From UHGV virus genome UHGV-0125199: a stretch of 64,000 nt of DNA, one strand, 5' to 3'. Under the pieces are notes generated by a model, which made no database searches, was not told where the DNA came from, and saw nothing but the letters and a program-made list of their open reading frames with translations. Positions 10,224 through 21,240 of this stretch are shown piece after piece. The first letter of the stretch is position 1, and each line of letters starts with the position of its first letter. The translations under genes and the position numbers were made by a program. This DNA is from a virus.

Positions 10224-10467
10224 CCAACATGAAGTTTAATTTTGGACAAAACCCTCTATCTTCTAATGTTTGAATCACATCATCAACTTCGTATTCTGAA
10301 TTTGAAGAAATAGTTTCTTCATATACAACATCAGATTTTCGTTCTCCACAAACTGTACATTCGGATACGGAAACAGCCATAATATGTTTACACTCATAAT
10401 CCATTACGATTGTGTAATATTTGCCGACTTCTTTATATTCGTGATTACATTTAAAAAATTTAAACAT
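10189..10467 (-). CDS. hypothetical Zn-ribbon protein
   Basis: 92 aa with CNHE..C / CTVCG Cys pairs. Confidence 0.3.
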   Translation of the reverse strand: MFKFFKCNHEYKEVGKYYTIVMDYECKHIMAVSVSECTVCGERKSDVVYEETISSNSEYEVDDVIQTLEDRGFCPKLNFMLDDYERRKNAKE

Positions 10468-10471
10468 TAAA

Positions 10472-11302
10472 TCATCCCTTCATTTTCTGAACTTTATATG
10501 CATCTACAACGTTTTGCATTAATGTCAATCTTGTGAGTAATCCTACCCCGCCGGGTACCGGCGTAACATATGTATCATTTAAACTACTCTCAAAACCAGC
10601 ATTGTTTACATCACCACATAATTTTCCATTCTCATCTCGATTAATTCCAATATCTACAACAAGTTCACAGAAATCTTGGAAGTCTGAAAAATCAAAATAG
10701 TTTGGAACTCCAACTGCAGAAAAAACATAATCTGCGTGTCTAGTGTAGTACCATGTACTCGGAGTCGTACTATTGCAGCATGTAACTGTTGCTCCTTTTT
10801 CGATCAGCATATTAGTCAATGGAAGCCCAACAATTCTACTTCTGCCTAATACACAGCAATCTTTGCCTTTAAATTCAAAGGCATTGTATTCCATCCAATC
10901 GATAATTCCTTTTGGCGTACATGGTTTGAAACAACTATCTCTTCTAAATCCATCCACATCTTTTTCTGGTGGAATCAGATTCTGTAATCTTTCCAAATTA
11001 TATTTACCTGGAATTGGAAGTTGAATAATTATTCCATCTGCATCAGAATTTGCAATATCTGTGATAACACATTCAACCTCCTTTTGTTCTGTTGTATTAG
11101 AATAAATATTTACATGACGCATTTCAATTCCAATTTCATCACAATCTTTTTGCTTACCTTTAATATAGGAATTTGAAGCCTGATCATCATCAATCTGAAT
11201 TACAGCGAGGACTGGTTTTTTATCAAGATGTTTGATCTCTTCTTTTAGTTCCTTCTTTTTAATTTCTACATAGTCTTTGCATGATACAATATCAGTTCTC
11301 AT
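10472..11302 (-). CDS. folD: Bifunctional methylene-THF dehydrogenase / methenyl-THF cyclohydrolase
   Basis: 'VLGRSRIVGLPL' and 'VTPVPGGVGLLT' FolD signatures; 276 aa. Confidence 0.85.
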   Translation of the reverse strand: MRTDIVSCKDYVEIKKKELKEEIKHLDKKPVLAVIQIDDDQASNSYIKGKQKDCDEIGIEMRHVNIYSNTTEQKEVECVITDIANSDADGIIIQLPIPGKYNLERLQNLIPPEKDVDGFRRDSCFKPCTPKGIIDWMEYNAFEFKGKDCCVLGRSRIVGLPLTNMLIEKGATVTCCNSTTPSTWYYTRHADYVFSAVGVPNYFDFSDFQDFCELVVDIGINRDENGKLCGDVNNAGFESSLNDTYVTPVPGGVGLLTRLTLMQNVVDAYKVQKMKG

Positions 11303-11306
11303 AACT

Positions 11307-13580
11307 TCAATCTCCTTTTACTCTCCTTTTTAATAATTTCTGCATAGATGTATTTCTCGCTAAATTAGCTTTTTTCTTAATAGCTCTGTTCACAGTTGTT
11401 ACATCTCCAAAATGAAAACACCGTTCTTTCATTCGTGTGAGTCCTACATAAATCAAATTAGAATTTAACATATATGTATGCGCTGATGGAGTAAGCAAAA
11501 TAACTACTTTTATACTACTTCCTTGAGATTTATGAATAGTAATACAGTATCCCAATCCACACATTTGCATTGCACTTCTATCGTACTCAACCAGAACATC
11601 GTCAAATTCAATAACAACCTTGTTTTGAGTTATCTCTCTAATTTTTCCGGTTTCACCATTTGCAATAAAAGTTTCTTTCGGAGCATCTTCTGAAACAAAA
11701 TCATCTTCGTAATAAATCATTGCGTGATAATTATTTACATTTTGAATAATTATGTCATCTTTATAGTAGACTACATCACCTATTTTCATATAAGATTGGC
11801 TTCCATAATTTTTATTCGCTATTTTCTGTAGCTGATTATTAATTTCTACCTGACCAAAATCGCCTTTTTTATAAGAAGTCAACACTTGAATATCATCCAC
11901 TGTGTAATTTGTAGACAATAGTTTCTTATATAAAGCTATTACATTTTTTACAAGTACGCTTGAGCCAACATTAATAAAAGCATAGTCTTTGTTTTCTCCA
12001 AAATATGTACACTGCTGTTTTACATCTTCAAGATATGTCTTACATTGTCTTACATCTGTTGCAATTTTCATCAAACCACCTTCGCCATATCTAAACACTT
12101 TAGTAAGCGTGACCGTTGGAATCAATTTTGACTGCATAAAATCATGTAACAAATTTCCACATGAAACAGATGGTAACTGTGCGTTGTCTCCAATCATAAG
12201 TAATTTTGTATGTTTAAAGTCAACCGCATCTACAACATGCTTAAACAGATTTAAATCAACCATAGAAAACTCGTCTATAATCAGAACATCACAAGTCATT
12301 TTCGCCTCTTCGTTGTATCCCCAATTGTTAGGCGGCATATACCCAAGACCTCTATGAATTGTACTTGCATGTTCATTTGTATTTTCTGACAAGACTTTCG
12401 CAGCTTTTCCAGTAGGGGAAAACAGTTCATATGATTTATTATTGTCTTTTAACATATGTATAATTGCTTGTGTAGAAAATGTTTTTCCTGTACCACCGGA
12501 TCCATTTAGAATACAAATATTATATTTACATATGTATTCAAGAATCTTTATTTGTTCATCTGATAATTCACAATCATTATCAATGATTCTATATTTCTCG
12601 ATATCGTAATCCCATGAAATATTGTTCTTTAATCCATCAATTATCGTTTCTGCAATAGCGCTCTCTGTTTCGTATGTAGATTTCAATGATACACACATTG
12701 TATCTTTATCGTAAATAATGCTTTCATGTTTGATGCAATCAACAAACAAGTCAGAACAAGCTGGAGTTAATTTCATACATTGATTTCTTAAATCAACAAT
12801 ATTCATTACTGTATGTCCATCATTTTCATTCTCTTCCAATAAATACAACACACATGACAAACATCTTTGCTTGCTCGTTTTTAAATCACAAGAAAATTCT
12901 ATAATCGGGGTTTTACCATTTTTAATGTTGTTTATAGATTCTCTTTCTAGCTCTAGCAGAATAGAATCCGCTGTTTTAAAACCAACTCTTGCTAATCCAC
13001 ATAAACACTTATACGGATCTTCTCTCATTTTTTGTTTTATCATTTGTACAGACGAGTATTTTTCATGCAGTTTTTTTACCATAGATAGAGTTAGCATTCC
13101 TTGAAATTCCGTAACAATTTCTGCAAGACAAAAATTCTCAACAATCTTATTTTTGATTACTTCAAACGTATACTCTTTGATACCTGGCGTTTTGTTTAAA
13201 TCAATATCCTCTAATCTATTATTGATTACCCTATCTACAATGTCTGGATAAACCTCGCATAGAACATCGGCTTGATTTTCTGTGAGAATTTCTCTTAAAA
13301 AGATATATGTTTCTTCGGCGCTCGTTGGTCTATCTCTCTTAATGTTTGTTACCTTGTAACCGTATCCATATTTAGATAACTGTTCAACTGCAGCAACTTC
13401 ATAATTTGATCCAATACCAAGTTCGTGAATCTCACCTGTTAAAGTAACATTGCCATATTTTGTGAGCTTTATATCCGGATATTTATTTTTGTCAACATCA
13501 ACGGCGTAGATTTTAAAATCTCCACCGTCATATGTCTTTCTAACCACAGAACATTTAAATTTAACTTCTTTTTTATCCAT
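11307..13580 (-). CDS. SF1B Dda/RecD-like DNA helicase
   Basis: Walker A 'GSGGTGKTF', 'SPTGKAAKVL', C-terminal 'YVGLTRMKERC' helicase motif; 757 aa. Confidence 0.75.
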   Translation of the reverse strand: MDKKEVKFKCSVVRKTYDGGDFKIYAVDVDKNKYPDIKLTKYGNVTLTGEIHELGIGSNYEVAAVEQLSKYGYGYKVTNIKRDRPTSAEETYIFLREILTENQADVLCEVYPDIVDRVINNRLEDIDLNKTPGIKEYTFEVIKNKIVENFCLAEIVTEFQGMLTLSMVKKLHEKYSSVQMIKQKMREDPYKCLCGLARVGFKTADSILLELERESINNIKNGKTPIIEFSCDLKTSKQRCLSCVLYLLEENENDGHTVMNIVDLRNQCMKLTPACSDLFVDCIKHESIIYDKDTMCVSLKSTYETESAIAETIIDGLKNNISWDYDIEKYRIIDNDCELSDEQIKILEYICKYNICILNGSGGTGKTFSTQAIIHMLKDNNKSYELFSPTGKAAKVLSENTNEHASTIHRGLGYMPPNNWGYNEEAKMTCDVLIIDEFSMVDLNLFKHVVDAVDFKHTKLLMIGDNAQLPSVSCGNLLHDFMQSKLIPTVTLTKVFRYGEGGLMKIATDVRQCKTYLEDVKQQCTYFGENKDYAFINVGSSVLVKNVIALYKKLLSTNYTVDDIQVLTSYKKGDFGQVEINNQLQKIANKNYGSQSYMKIGDVVYYKDDIIIQNVNNYHAMIYYEDDFVSEDAPKETFIANGETGKIREITQNKVVIEFDDVLVEYDRSAMQMCGLGYCITIHKSQGSSIKVVILLTPSAHTYMLNSNLIYVGLTRMKERCFHFGDVTTVNRAIKKKANLARNTSMQKLLKRRVKGD

Positions 13581-13589
13581 AATTTTTCA

Positions 13590-16500
13590 TCACCTAATCA
13601 CCTCATACTCTGTAAGGATATCTTCTAATTCGTCTGTCGCTTCCCACTTACCTTCTGCATTTGGTCGTTTCTTAAACTCTTGAGCGAAGTCATTTATTTT
13701 AAGAACAGACCACTGACCAAATGGGTCTTCCTTGAAAATTCTTCCTTGCTTAATTCGGGTTTTAATTTCTTTGCCAGTTCTAATTTGTCTCGCTGTAATA
13801 TATGGTTTTGTCGTATCTTTGTAAGTTTTGAAATCTGTAACCATATAATACAGTGGAGAAACTTGTGAATTAGTATATAAAATTGAACCAAGATATTCTT
13901 TTTCAAATTTCATAGACTCTATAATCCCCATTGCTTTATTCTCTGCTTGTCTACTTAATTCACATAGCAATCCAATATTATCTAATTCCTTAAACAACGT
14001 AGCGGTTTCTTTTCCTGAATATTTTTTCATCAAAAATTCTGTTACTCCAAGTTCTTCGAGCTTCTTTTTGTTAATTTGTTTTTTACGAGCAAATTTATCA
14101 AAATATTGTATTAATTTCAAAAGATATTTATTTTCACCAAACTCCTTAAAGAAATTTAAACCTGTTAAAATCATAAGCTGTTTTGAATTGACAGAAGTTT
14201 TTTCATCGATATCAAATAACAACTCAAAGAAATTGCTATATTCATTATTCCCTAATTCGTACAATTCATCTGCAATTTTTTCATTACAGAATTTAATGGA
14301 AGATATTCCTTGATATATCGAATTGCTATTTTTGTCAAACTGATATTCAGCTTTTGATTTTCTGAACTGAATTGGAAGAATTTCATAACCTTTTGATATA
14401 ACATATTCTTTGATTTTTAGAGATTTTTCGTCGTCAGATGCATATATATTTAAAGCCGTTGTGAGAGTCTCTAACGGGTAATAATGTCGTAAATATCCAC
14501 ATGCAAATCCTAAAAATGAATATGGGTCGGCATGATTCTTTGAAAACAAATAATTAGATGCGTCAATAATAACTTGTAAAAATGATTCAATAATCTGTTC
14601 TGCATCTTCTTGTTCTACATCATAATCATCTTTCATTGTCTTTATAAAACCTTTAATATAGTGTTCAGATTTTTTACCATCTATATTGGTCATATATCCT
14701 CCGTCTTTTATAATCGGAATATCTGTTTCAGTTCCAGTTTTCTTACTAAAGTGACGACGTACAATATCAGCTTCTCCCATTGTAAATCCACAAAACCTAT
14801 GTAAGAATTCAATAATCTGTTCTTGGTACACCAAAAATCCGAGTGTAGGTGCCAAGAATTTGTTTAACTCATCATTCCCATTGTCTCGATAAATACCTGC
14901 TGCCAATTTTGTTCTGTATGATTCACCAGCCGGTCGAATTGCTCCATTAGCCATACTCATCAGATCGATGTATGATAAATCAGGATTTTTCTCTTTAATT
15001 TTTTCAATAACCTGTGGTCGTAGAATATCTCTAAGATACGATCCAGCAAAATCAGATTCAAACTGAAATATTAAAGTTGTATCTTTTGCAATATCTTCCC
15101 ATACTCCTTTATCCTCAAAATCCAGATTATCAGGTGTCAAAAACGGAATTCCTACCGCATCACATGTCTTGTAGATAAGCCCAACACAATCTAATCCCAA
15201 TACATCAAGTTTTACGAAATTTAACGAGTCGATTTCTTTCATATTAATTTGCGAAATAGGTTTTTCGTCTGATGAAATATATAACGTCCCAAATACATCA
15301 TCTACTGGATAAGGGGCTACAACTAACCCAGCCGCATGTCTACCTAAACTTGTGATCGTGCCAACTACGATATCCACATACTCAAACAGCTCTGAGTATT
15401 GCAAGCGATATTTTTCTTCTACAAATTCATGTTTATTCTCATCTTCCTGAACAAGATTTGACAATACCTGTGTTTCTTGTGGAGTCATCCCTAACGCACG
15501 TCCAACATCTTTGATTGCACCTTTCATCTTGACAGTATTAAATGTAATGATGTTACAACAATGTAATTTTTCTCTATTGAATAGATATTCTCTTACTTTC
15601 CATCTATCTTCTTTAAACCAATCTGAATCGATATCGGCAAGACTAACTCTCTCCTCATTCATGAATCGCTCGAAGTTCAGATTAAATCTTATTGGATCAA
15701 CTTCTGTAATTCCTAATAAATATGCAATTAAGCTTCCAGAAACAGAACCTCTTGAATATCCATATTTAACTCCATTTTTTCTTAATTCCGTTTTATAATC
15801 TTCCTCTAGAAGCATAAAGTCTAATGCATTGTTATGGATATATGTTTTCAATTCATATACAATTCTGTCTTGGTATTCTTTATAATTCTTCTTTTTGTCA
15901 ATACCTCTCCATTTAATCCCTGATGATATTTTCTTTTTTATTTCTAACAAAGAATCGTCATACAACTTTGGATATTTATATGAATAATCAAGCTTGAATT
16001 CTTCAATTCTGTCAGCCATTTTATTTGTTTCTTCTATTGCTTTTATATAAACATCTTTTGCAATAGCAAATTGTTTTTCATATGCAGATACTAATTCATC
16101 GTAACTTTTAAAGGTCATATCCCATGCAGATTCACTATCAAATTTAACATCTTTGCTTTTCTGCATAATAGCTCGTCCACGCATATGCTCATCATTTAAG
16201 GAATGCGTGTCTGTTCCTGCAATAAGCGGAATGCCATACTGTTCAGAGATTTTCACAAGATATTGATTATACTTTATCTGCATATCATCACAATGATGTT
16301 GAATTTCTAAATAGCATCTATCTTTATTTTTGATAAGAAAGTTCAGAAAATCTTCTTGAATATCAGGTGTTCCACTTGCTAAAATCCCTCCAATGCAAGC
16401 TGTTGTGATTAAAATATTTTCAGAAGTATTTATTAGCTCTTCAAACGAAATTCTAGGTTGATAATAAAAATGACCATCTCTTACAAAAGCCTTTGAAGAT

Positions 16501-16910
16501 AAAGTATTCAGTTCCTTTACACCTTCATAATTTTTAGCAATTAGCACACAATGATAATTATCACGAACTTGGAATTTATTTTCTTCTAAAAACTCATATA
16601 TTTTATTCTGCGCTTCTTCTGGATCAGTACCCAATAATGATTCACATAATTCAGTATCATCAGGATATTGATACAATTCTTTTGTTACATAGAATTCTTC
16701 TGCATGAATATATTTCATACCAGCCTTTTCAATCGCGTTTTTCTTGTGAACCCATTCAAGAACACTTCCATGTTCTGAGAACGCCATCGCTTTCATACCA
16801 AGAGATTTTGCATAGTCAATATATTCGTTGTATTTTGTAACACTATCGATATTTGTGACTCCATTCGATAAATCACTATGTAAATGATAAACCACATAAT
16901 TCTTCTCCAC
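13590..16910 (-). CDS. DNA polymerase III alpha subunit (PHP domain, DnaE/PolC family)
   Basis: N-terminal PHP 'VYHLHSDLSNG...AFSEHG'; 1106 aa with polymerase core. Confidence 0.85.
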   Translation of the reverse strand: MEKNYVVYHLHSDLSNGVTNIDSVTKYNEYIDYAKSLGMKAMAFSEHGSVLEWVHKKNAIEKAGMKYIHAEEFYVTKELYQYPDDTELCESLLGTDPEEAQNKIYEFLEENKFQVRDNYHCVLIAKNYEGVKELNTLSSKAFVRDGHFYYQPRISFEELINTSENILITTACIGGILASGTPDIQEDFLNFLIKNKDRCYLEIQHHCDDMQIKYNQYLVKISEQYGIPLIAGTDTHSLNDEHMRGRAIMQKSKDVKFDSESAWDMTFKSYDELVSAYEKQFAIAKDVYIKAIEETNKMADRIEEFKLDYSYKYPKLYDDSLLEIKKKISSGIKWRGIDKKKNYKEYQDRIVYELKTYIHNNALDFMLLEEDYKTELRKNGVKYGYSRGSVSGSLIAYLLGITEVDPIRFNLNFERFMNEERVSLADIDSDWFKEDRWKVREYLFNREKLHCCNIITFNTVKMKGAIKDVGRALGMTPQETQVLSNLVQEDENKHEFVEEKYRLQYSELFEYVDIVVGTITSLGRHAAGLVVAPYPVDDVFGTLYISSDEKPISQINMKEIDSLNFVKLDVLGLDCVGLIYKTCDAVGIPFLTPDNLDFEDKGVWEDIAKDTTLIFQFESDFAGSYLRDILRPQVIEKIKEKNPDLSYIDLMSMANGAIRPAGESYRTKLAAGIYRDNGNDELNKFLAPTLGFLVYQEQIIEFLHRFCGFTMGEADIVRRHFSKKTGTETDIPIIKDGGYMTNIDGKKSEHYIKGFIKTMKDDYDVEQEDAEQIIESFLQVIIDASNYLFSKNHADPYSFLGFACGYLRHYYPLETLTTALNIYASDDEKSLKIKEYVISKGYEILPIQFRKSKAEYQFDKNSNSIYQGISSIKFCNEKIADELYELGNNEYSNFFELLFDIDEKTSVNSKQLMILTGLNFFKEFGENKYLLKLIQYFDKFARKKQINKKKLEELGVTEFLMKKYSGKETATLFKELDNIGLLCELSRQAENKAMGIIESMKFEKEYLGSILYTNSQVSPLYYMVTDFKTYKDTTKPYITARQIRTGKEIKTRIKQGRIFKEDPFGQWSVLKINDFAQEFKKRPNAEGKWEATDELEDILTEYEVIR

Positions 16911-16925
16911 TTACTCACCTCAGTT

Positions 16926-18137
16926 CTATAAATCATTTAACCAAGACATATCATCCTCGCCCAGTATTTCGCCCGGTGTATTAGATGTAATGTCCGCCCC
17001 AACACCTGCAAAAATATTATCTTGCTGCTCTTTCTTAGCATTTAGCTTATCCAAATATTTTTTATATGGTAGATGTACATTCGGAGAGTAAGCACACAAT
17101 GTAGAAAAGTAATAGCTTTGTTTCTCTACTTGATCGTCTGAGTCCCAGAATTCATTTTCTGCTTCTGACAAATTATTGTCTTTCAGCTTCTGATATTTAT
17201 TTTCTTTTTCTTCAATTTCGCAAATTGTGTCAATGATATCTGTCGTCCATTTATTCAAAAGCTCATCTGTAATCGGAACTGTTACAATACAATCATTCAT
17301 TTTATATTTTTCTTGCACCTCTTCCGGAAGACATTTGATGTCATTTGTTTGCATAAGAAGATCAAGATACTCCAACTGTTTCTCCTCGTATCCACATTTT
17401 TTTAACCACATCTTCACACTGGTCTGCAATTTCACACCAATCTGATTTCTTTCAATTTCTCTCGTTGTCCATTTCCCATTTGCTTGCTGACAATCAATTG
17501 AGACATACTTTAGAAAATCCCATGAGATGCGAATCTTATCCATTGGAATCCCCATTTGATTCAGAGCAATTGCATACACAATTAACTGTCCGCATTCGTT
17601 TTCTGCTTTTTTACCTTTGTAAATGGAACTTGTTTTCCAATCTAAGATATGATAATTACCGTCATCATCCTTATAAACAGCATCAATATATCCCTGGAAT
17701 ACGTTGTTTCCAATTTTTGCAGTAACAAATCTTTCGATTTCCATATGCTGTTTAAACATTTTGTGATGATTAAAGAAATGCTTTAGACATTCATAATATT
17801 TTTGTTTGACACTTTCATTTTTCTTTTCGTCATTTCTGTCAAATTTTAGATCCGCCACTTCTGCGGTTAACCAAGAATCTTCAAATTTTTCATCCATTTC
17901 TTCATATTTAATATGTCCTAAATACAAGTTTTCCATAATATCATGTGACATCCCACCAGTTACCACATAAATACAATCATCTCTGTCTTCTGGAACATGC
18001 TTAATATATTTTAGATAGTACTCATATGGAGATGTATGGTATGCATTGAATTTAGACCAACTCCATAATCGATCAGTTTTGTAATAAGACATAATCTCTT
18101 TTAATTCTTCTCTTGTTTTTCTTCCTATGATAAACAC
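16926..18137 (-). CDS. PD-(D/E)XK (RecB/Cas4-like) nuclease
   Basis: 'YIDAVYKDDDGNYHILDWKTS' D..D/ExK motif. C-terminal 'DDMSWLNDL' tail shared with the SSB-like protein. Confidence 0.6.
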   Translation of the reverse strand: MFIIGRKTREELKEIMSYYKTDRLWSWSKFNAYHTSPYEYYLKYIKHVPEDRDDCIYVVTGGMSHDIMENLYLGHIKYEEMDEKFEDSWLTAEVADLKFDRNDEKKNESVKQKYYECLKHFFNHHKMFKQHMEIERFVTAKIGNNVFQGYIDAVYKDDDGNYHILDWKTSSIYKGKKAENECGQLIVYAIALNQMGIPMDKIRISWDFLKYVSIDCQQANGKWTTREIERNQIGVKLQTSVKMWLKKCGYEEKQLEYLDLLMQTNDIKCLPEEVQEKYKMNDCIVTVPITDELLNKWTTDIIDTICEIEEKENKYQKLKDNNLSEAENEFWDSDDQVEKQSYYFSTLCAYSPNVHLPYKKYLDKLNAKKEQQDNIFAGVGADITSNTPGEILGEDDMSWLNDL

Positions 18138-19220
18138 CTACTTTCGTAACGATTTTAAATATTCTTTGTGTTCATGATCGTCATATACAGTCCTGTATTT
18201 CACCATGAACTCATATATCTGATTTCGCGCATCTGCTGGCGAATCTTTATCACCTATGATTCCCCATCTGTCGTACATATAGCTCACTTTTCTAATATGA
18301 TAGAATTTCTCGCAGCAATGTCTTACATGATTAATATCAATATCCTTATCAAAACAGATAATTATTTCCTTATTTAAACCGATTAATATCCTTGCCTGTT
18401 CATCTGATATTTCATGTCCAGAAACAGCAACGCATGTCGAATCACAAAGACTGTCTCTTTTTAATACAGATTTTTCACTTTCTACAACCACGACATAATT
18501 TGATTTTTCAATCGACTCTCTATTTTCATATAAACCATATAAGTTGATTTGCTTTGGATATCCTGGAGTAATGTAATATTTTTTGATATCGAATAGATCA
18601 TAATTTTCAACCGTTGTCCTCATGTTGTATCCCATTAACTCGCCGGTAAGCCAATACCGTAATGGAATTACATTTCTCTTGTATTTATAGCTGTATCCAA
18701 GACTAAATTTTTTGACCGTCCACGGCATGACGCCTTCTTTATACCAGTCTATATGTATATAAGGAACAAATGTATCAAGCTCTTTCTCATCGCGCACTTC
18801 AAAGTCAAGTACATTAACCTTTTTTCGCCTTGTTTTAACCTTTTTAAATATCTGTAATGGGTCTATTTTTTCTTTTTTCTTTTCTTCCTTTTTGAATGAA
18901 AGTTCAAGATCTAAAATCTTATGTAAATTTTTCACAGCTTCCCATGTTGTATGCTTCTTATGTTTGGCATATAAATTGTATTGAACGAGTGTGATTATGT
19001 CTGATTTATCATCAAAAAATGTTTCCCTTGTATAATCTGTGACATTTAAATATTCGTTATTTTTTACAGTCACGCATGATTTGTTGTCGCCATCTATATT
19101 TCCGCACGAATAATATTCTTTGTTTTGATGGTAAACAATGTGGTGACAACCTATCTCCTGTAACACAAACTCAATCTTGTTTTCTTTATATATGTAAGTT
19201 TTTAATTCGCTAATCGTCAC
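18138..19220 (-). CDS. DnaG-like DNA primase (Zn-binding plus Toprim)
   Basis: 'GCHHIVYHQ..SCGN' Zn motif. Toprim 'VVVVESEKSV' ... 'ICFDKDID' (E, DxD). Confidence 0.6.
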   Translation of the reverse strand: MTISELKTYIYKENKIEFVLQEIGCHHIVYHQNKEYYSCGNIDGDNKSCVTVKNNEYLNVTDYTRETFFDDKSDIITLVQYNLYAKHKKHTTWEAVKNLHKILDLELSFKKEEKKKEKIDPLQIFKKVKTRRKKVNVLDFEVRDEKELDTFVPYIHIDWYKEGVMPWTVKKFSLGYSYKYKRNVIPLRYWLTGELMGYNMRTTVENYDLFDIKKYYITPGYPKQINLYGLYENRESIEKSNYVVVVESEKSVLKRDSLCDSTCVAVSGHEISDEQARILIGLNKEIIICFDKDIDINHVRHCCEKFYHIRKVSYMYDRWGIIGDKDSPADARNQIYEFMVKYRTVYDDHEHKEYLKSLRK

Positions 19221-19239
19221 AACACTGTTTACCGCCTTT

Positions 19240-20739
19240 CTAAAAGTCTACTGGAACATTTGTTATTCCAACCTCTTTGATAATATTTCTGGACATATCA
19301 TGCTCGATTACTACCTGATATCTATTTGCTGAACCTTCACGATTCTTAATAATAAATAGAATCTGATAATGTTTGTCCTTATCTAGTTTTACCGGAATTT
19401 TCGTCTTTCCATTTTTACCTTCTAATTTATATACTCTTAATTCTCTCTTTTCCCCTGTATATTCATCATCGTATAAATCACGAATCATGATACATGTTGA
19501 TGCAACATCAATGATATTTTTAGACATCCCGATATTATCCTGTGTATAATACCTTTGCTTCACACTACCCTTTGCCAGCTGAAATGTAATTAAAATATGA
19601 AGGTTTTTCGCCTCTGGCTTAATAACATCATTAATCTTTACCATGTTCTGTTGCATTTCAAGCCATGATTTTTCACTTACATTACCTGCGTCAAGTTTAA
19701 ATGTATCTAAAAGAAAATACTTAACTCCCATACTTGAGTATTTCTTTATTGTTTTTATCGCATTTTCTGTTTTATATTGTTGGAATGGAAGAATTGTAAT
19801 GATATGATTGTCTGTTTGCTCTTTTAGCCAATCTGCTGCCTTGTATAGAATTTCTTTTGTTCCTTTTTCAAAATGTCCATCTCTTACAACATGCTTCTGT
19901 AGATCATCTTTAATGATGTTATTTGCTACAAATACAAGAAGTTCCCTCTGCCACTTTCCTAAACCGTCCTCATTAACAATGATTACAATTCTTTCTTTTT
20001 CTTTTATGGCTGTTGGGATAACTGCATTTCTTGCAAACGTTGATTTGCCGACATTACTCAAACCGCCAACCAAAGTAATACTCCCCAGATATTGACCACC
20101 GGTTTCTTTCGTAATAATATCCATATTATTATATGGAAGACCGACTGCATACCCCTCGTCCAATTTATCAATCAACTCGTATATTCCGTCACAAATGTCG
20201 TAGCTTTTTACATCGTAATCAATGTTTGAAAAAATATCGTTGAGCTGTGCTTCCCACTCATTGTAAATTTCCTCTGCGGTCATATCGCAATAATCACTTA
20301 ATCTATCATTAACAGCGCAACGCATCTTTGCCAATTTAATTACGCTATTCCATTTTCGAAGTTCATCAATATATCCGTAAAGATTTTCTGATTTTACATA
20401 TCCTCCTGCCGCTTCGATAGTTTCATATCCACCATACTCATCATATTTTTCTCTTAACTTTGGATGCTTTTCAAGATACAAACCAACAGTAATTTCATCT
20501 AATGTTTTTTTCTTTTCTACCTTTATAATGTCATCCGCAATTGTCCAGTAAACTCTCCAAACATTATTGCCAAACTCTTCTAAATGTAAATTTGTCTCAT
20601 AAATCAAATCTGAATTTTTGTATAAAATCGCAACAATATTTGCCTCATCAGCTTCTTTATATTTGTTTACTTGTTTGATAGTTTCAATTAATTCCTTTTC
20701 AAATGGTGTTAATTTTTTTGCGTTTGTTTTTGTTGCCAT
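19240..20739 (-). CDS. DnaB-like replicative helicase
   Basis: RecA-fold Walker A 'GGLSNVGKSTFARN' in the C-terminal domain; 499 aa; adjacent to primase. Confidence 0.55.
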   Translation of the reverse strand: MATKTNAKKLTPFEKELIETIKQVNKYKEADEANIVAILYKNSDLIYETNLHLEEFGNNVWRVYWTIADDIIKVEKKKTLDEITVGLYLEKHPKLREKYDEYGGYETIEAAGGYVKSENLYGYIDELRKWNSVIKLAKMRCAVNDRLSDYCDMTAEEIYNEWEAQLNDIFSNIDYDVKSYDICDGIYELIDKLDEGYAVGLPYNNMDIITKETGGQYLGSITLVGGLSNVGKSTFARNAVIPTAIKEKERIVIIVNEDGLGKWQRELLVFVANNIIKDDLQKHVVRDGHFEKGTKEILYKAADWLKEQTDNHIITILPFQQYKTENAIKTIKKYSSMGVKYFLLDTFKLDAGNVSEKSWLEMQQNMVKINDVIKPEAKNLHILITFQLAKGSVKQRYYTQDNIGMSKNIIDVASTCIMIRDLYDDEYTGEKRELRVYKLEGKNGKTKIPVKLDKDKHYQILFIIKNREGSANRYQVVIEHDMSRNIIKEVGITNVPVDF

Positions 20740-20754
20740 TTGTTACTACGCTCC

Positions 20755-21228
20755 TTACCATAAATTTTTCAATTTGTCGTTCTTCAATTCTTTGGTCTTT
20801 GTTTGGTAATGAGCCGCTTTATGTGTCAGAATTTCAGTATCCATATTTTCGACTTTTTCATCGTTGCGTTCTTTTCTTTTAACCATCTCATAAACGTCAT
20901 TAATATTGTTTTTTACAATTGCACAAATGTAATTAACCTTTTGCATTTCTGACTCAAATGTTTTTCCAGATAATGCAGCCAATATTCTTGGTCTGCATAT
21001 CTGGAATGTGTATAAAATGATTTTGTATGGATACTCAGCCTGATTTTCAATAAGTCTATTTTCGATAAACTTTCCCGTTCTTATCCCTTTTAATTTTCTG
21101 CAAATGTTTTGCGGAATGTTTTGATTATCGTCGTAAAATAAGATCTCTTTTTTTACATAGTCATACAATTCACTCCACTCTTTTTTCTCAACTTCTGTCA
21201 TCTTTATCGGTTCAGGCTTTACTCTCAT
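20755..21228 (-). CDS. hypothetical protein
   Basis: 157-aa ORF between helicase and AAA ATPase. Confidence 0.3.
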   Translation of the reverse strand: MRVKPEPIKMTEVEKKEWSELYDYVKKEILFYDDNQNIPQNICRKLKGIRTGKFIENRLIENQAEYPYKIILYTFQICRPRILAALSGKTFESEMQKVNYICAIVKNNINDVYEMVKRKERNDEKVENMDTEILTHKAAHYQTKTKELKNDKLKNLW

Positions 21229-21240
21229 TACATCACCACC

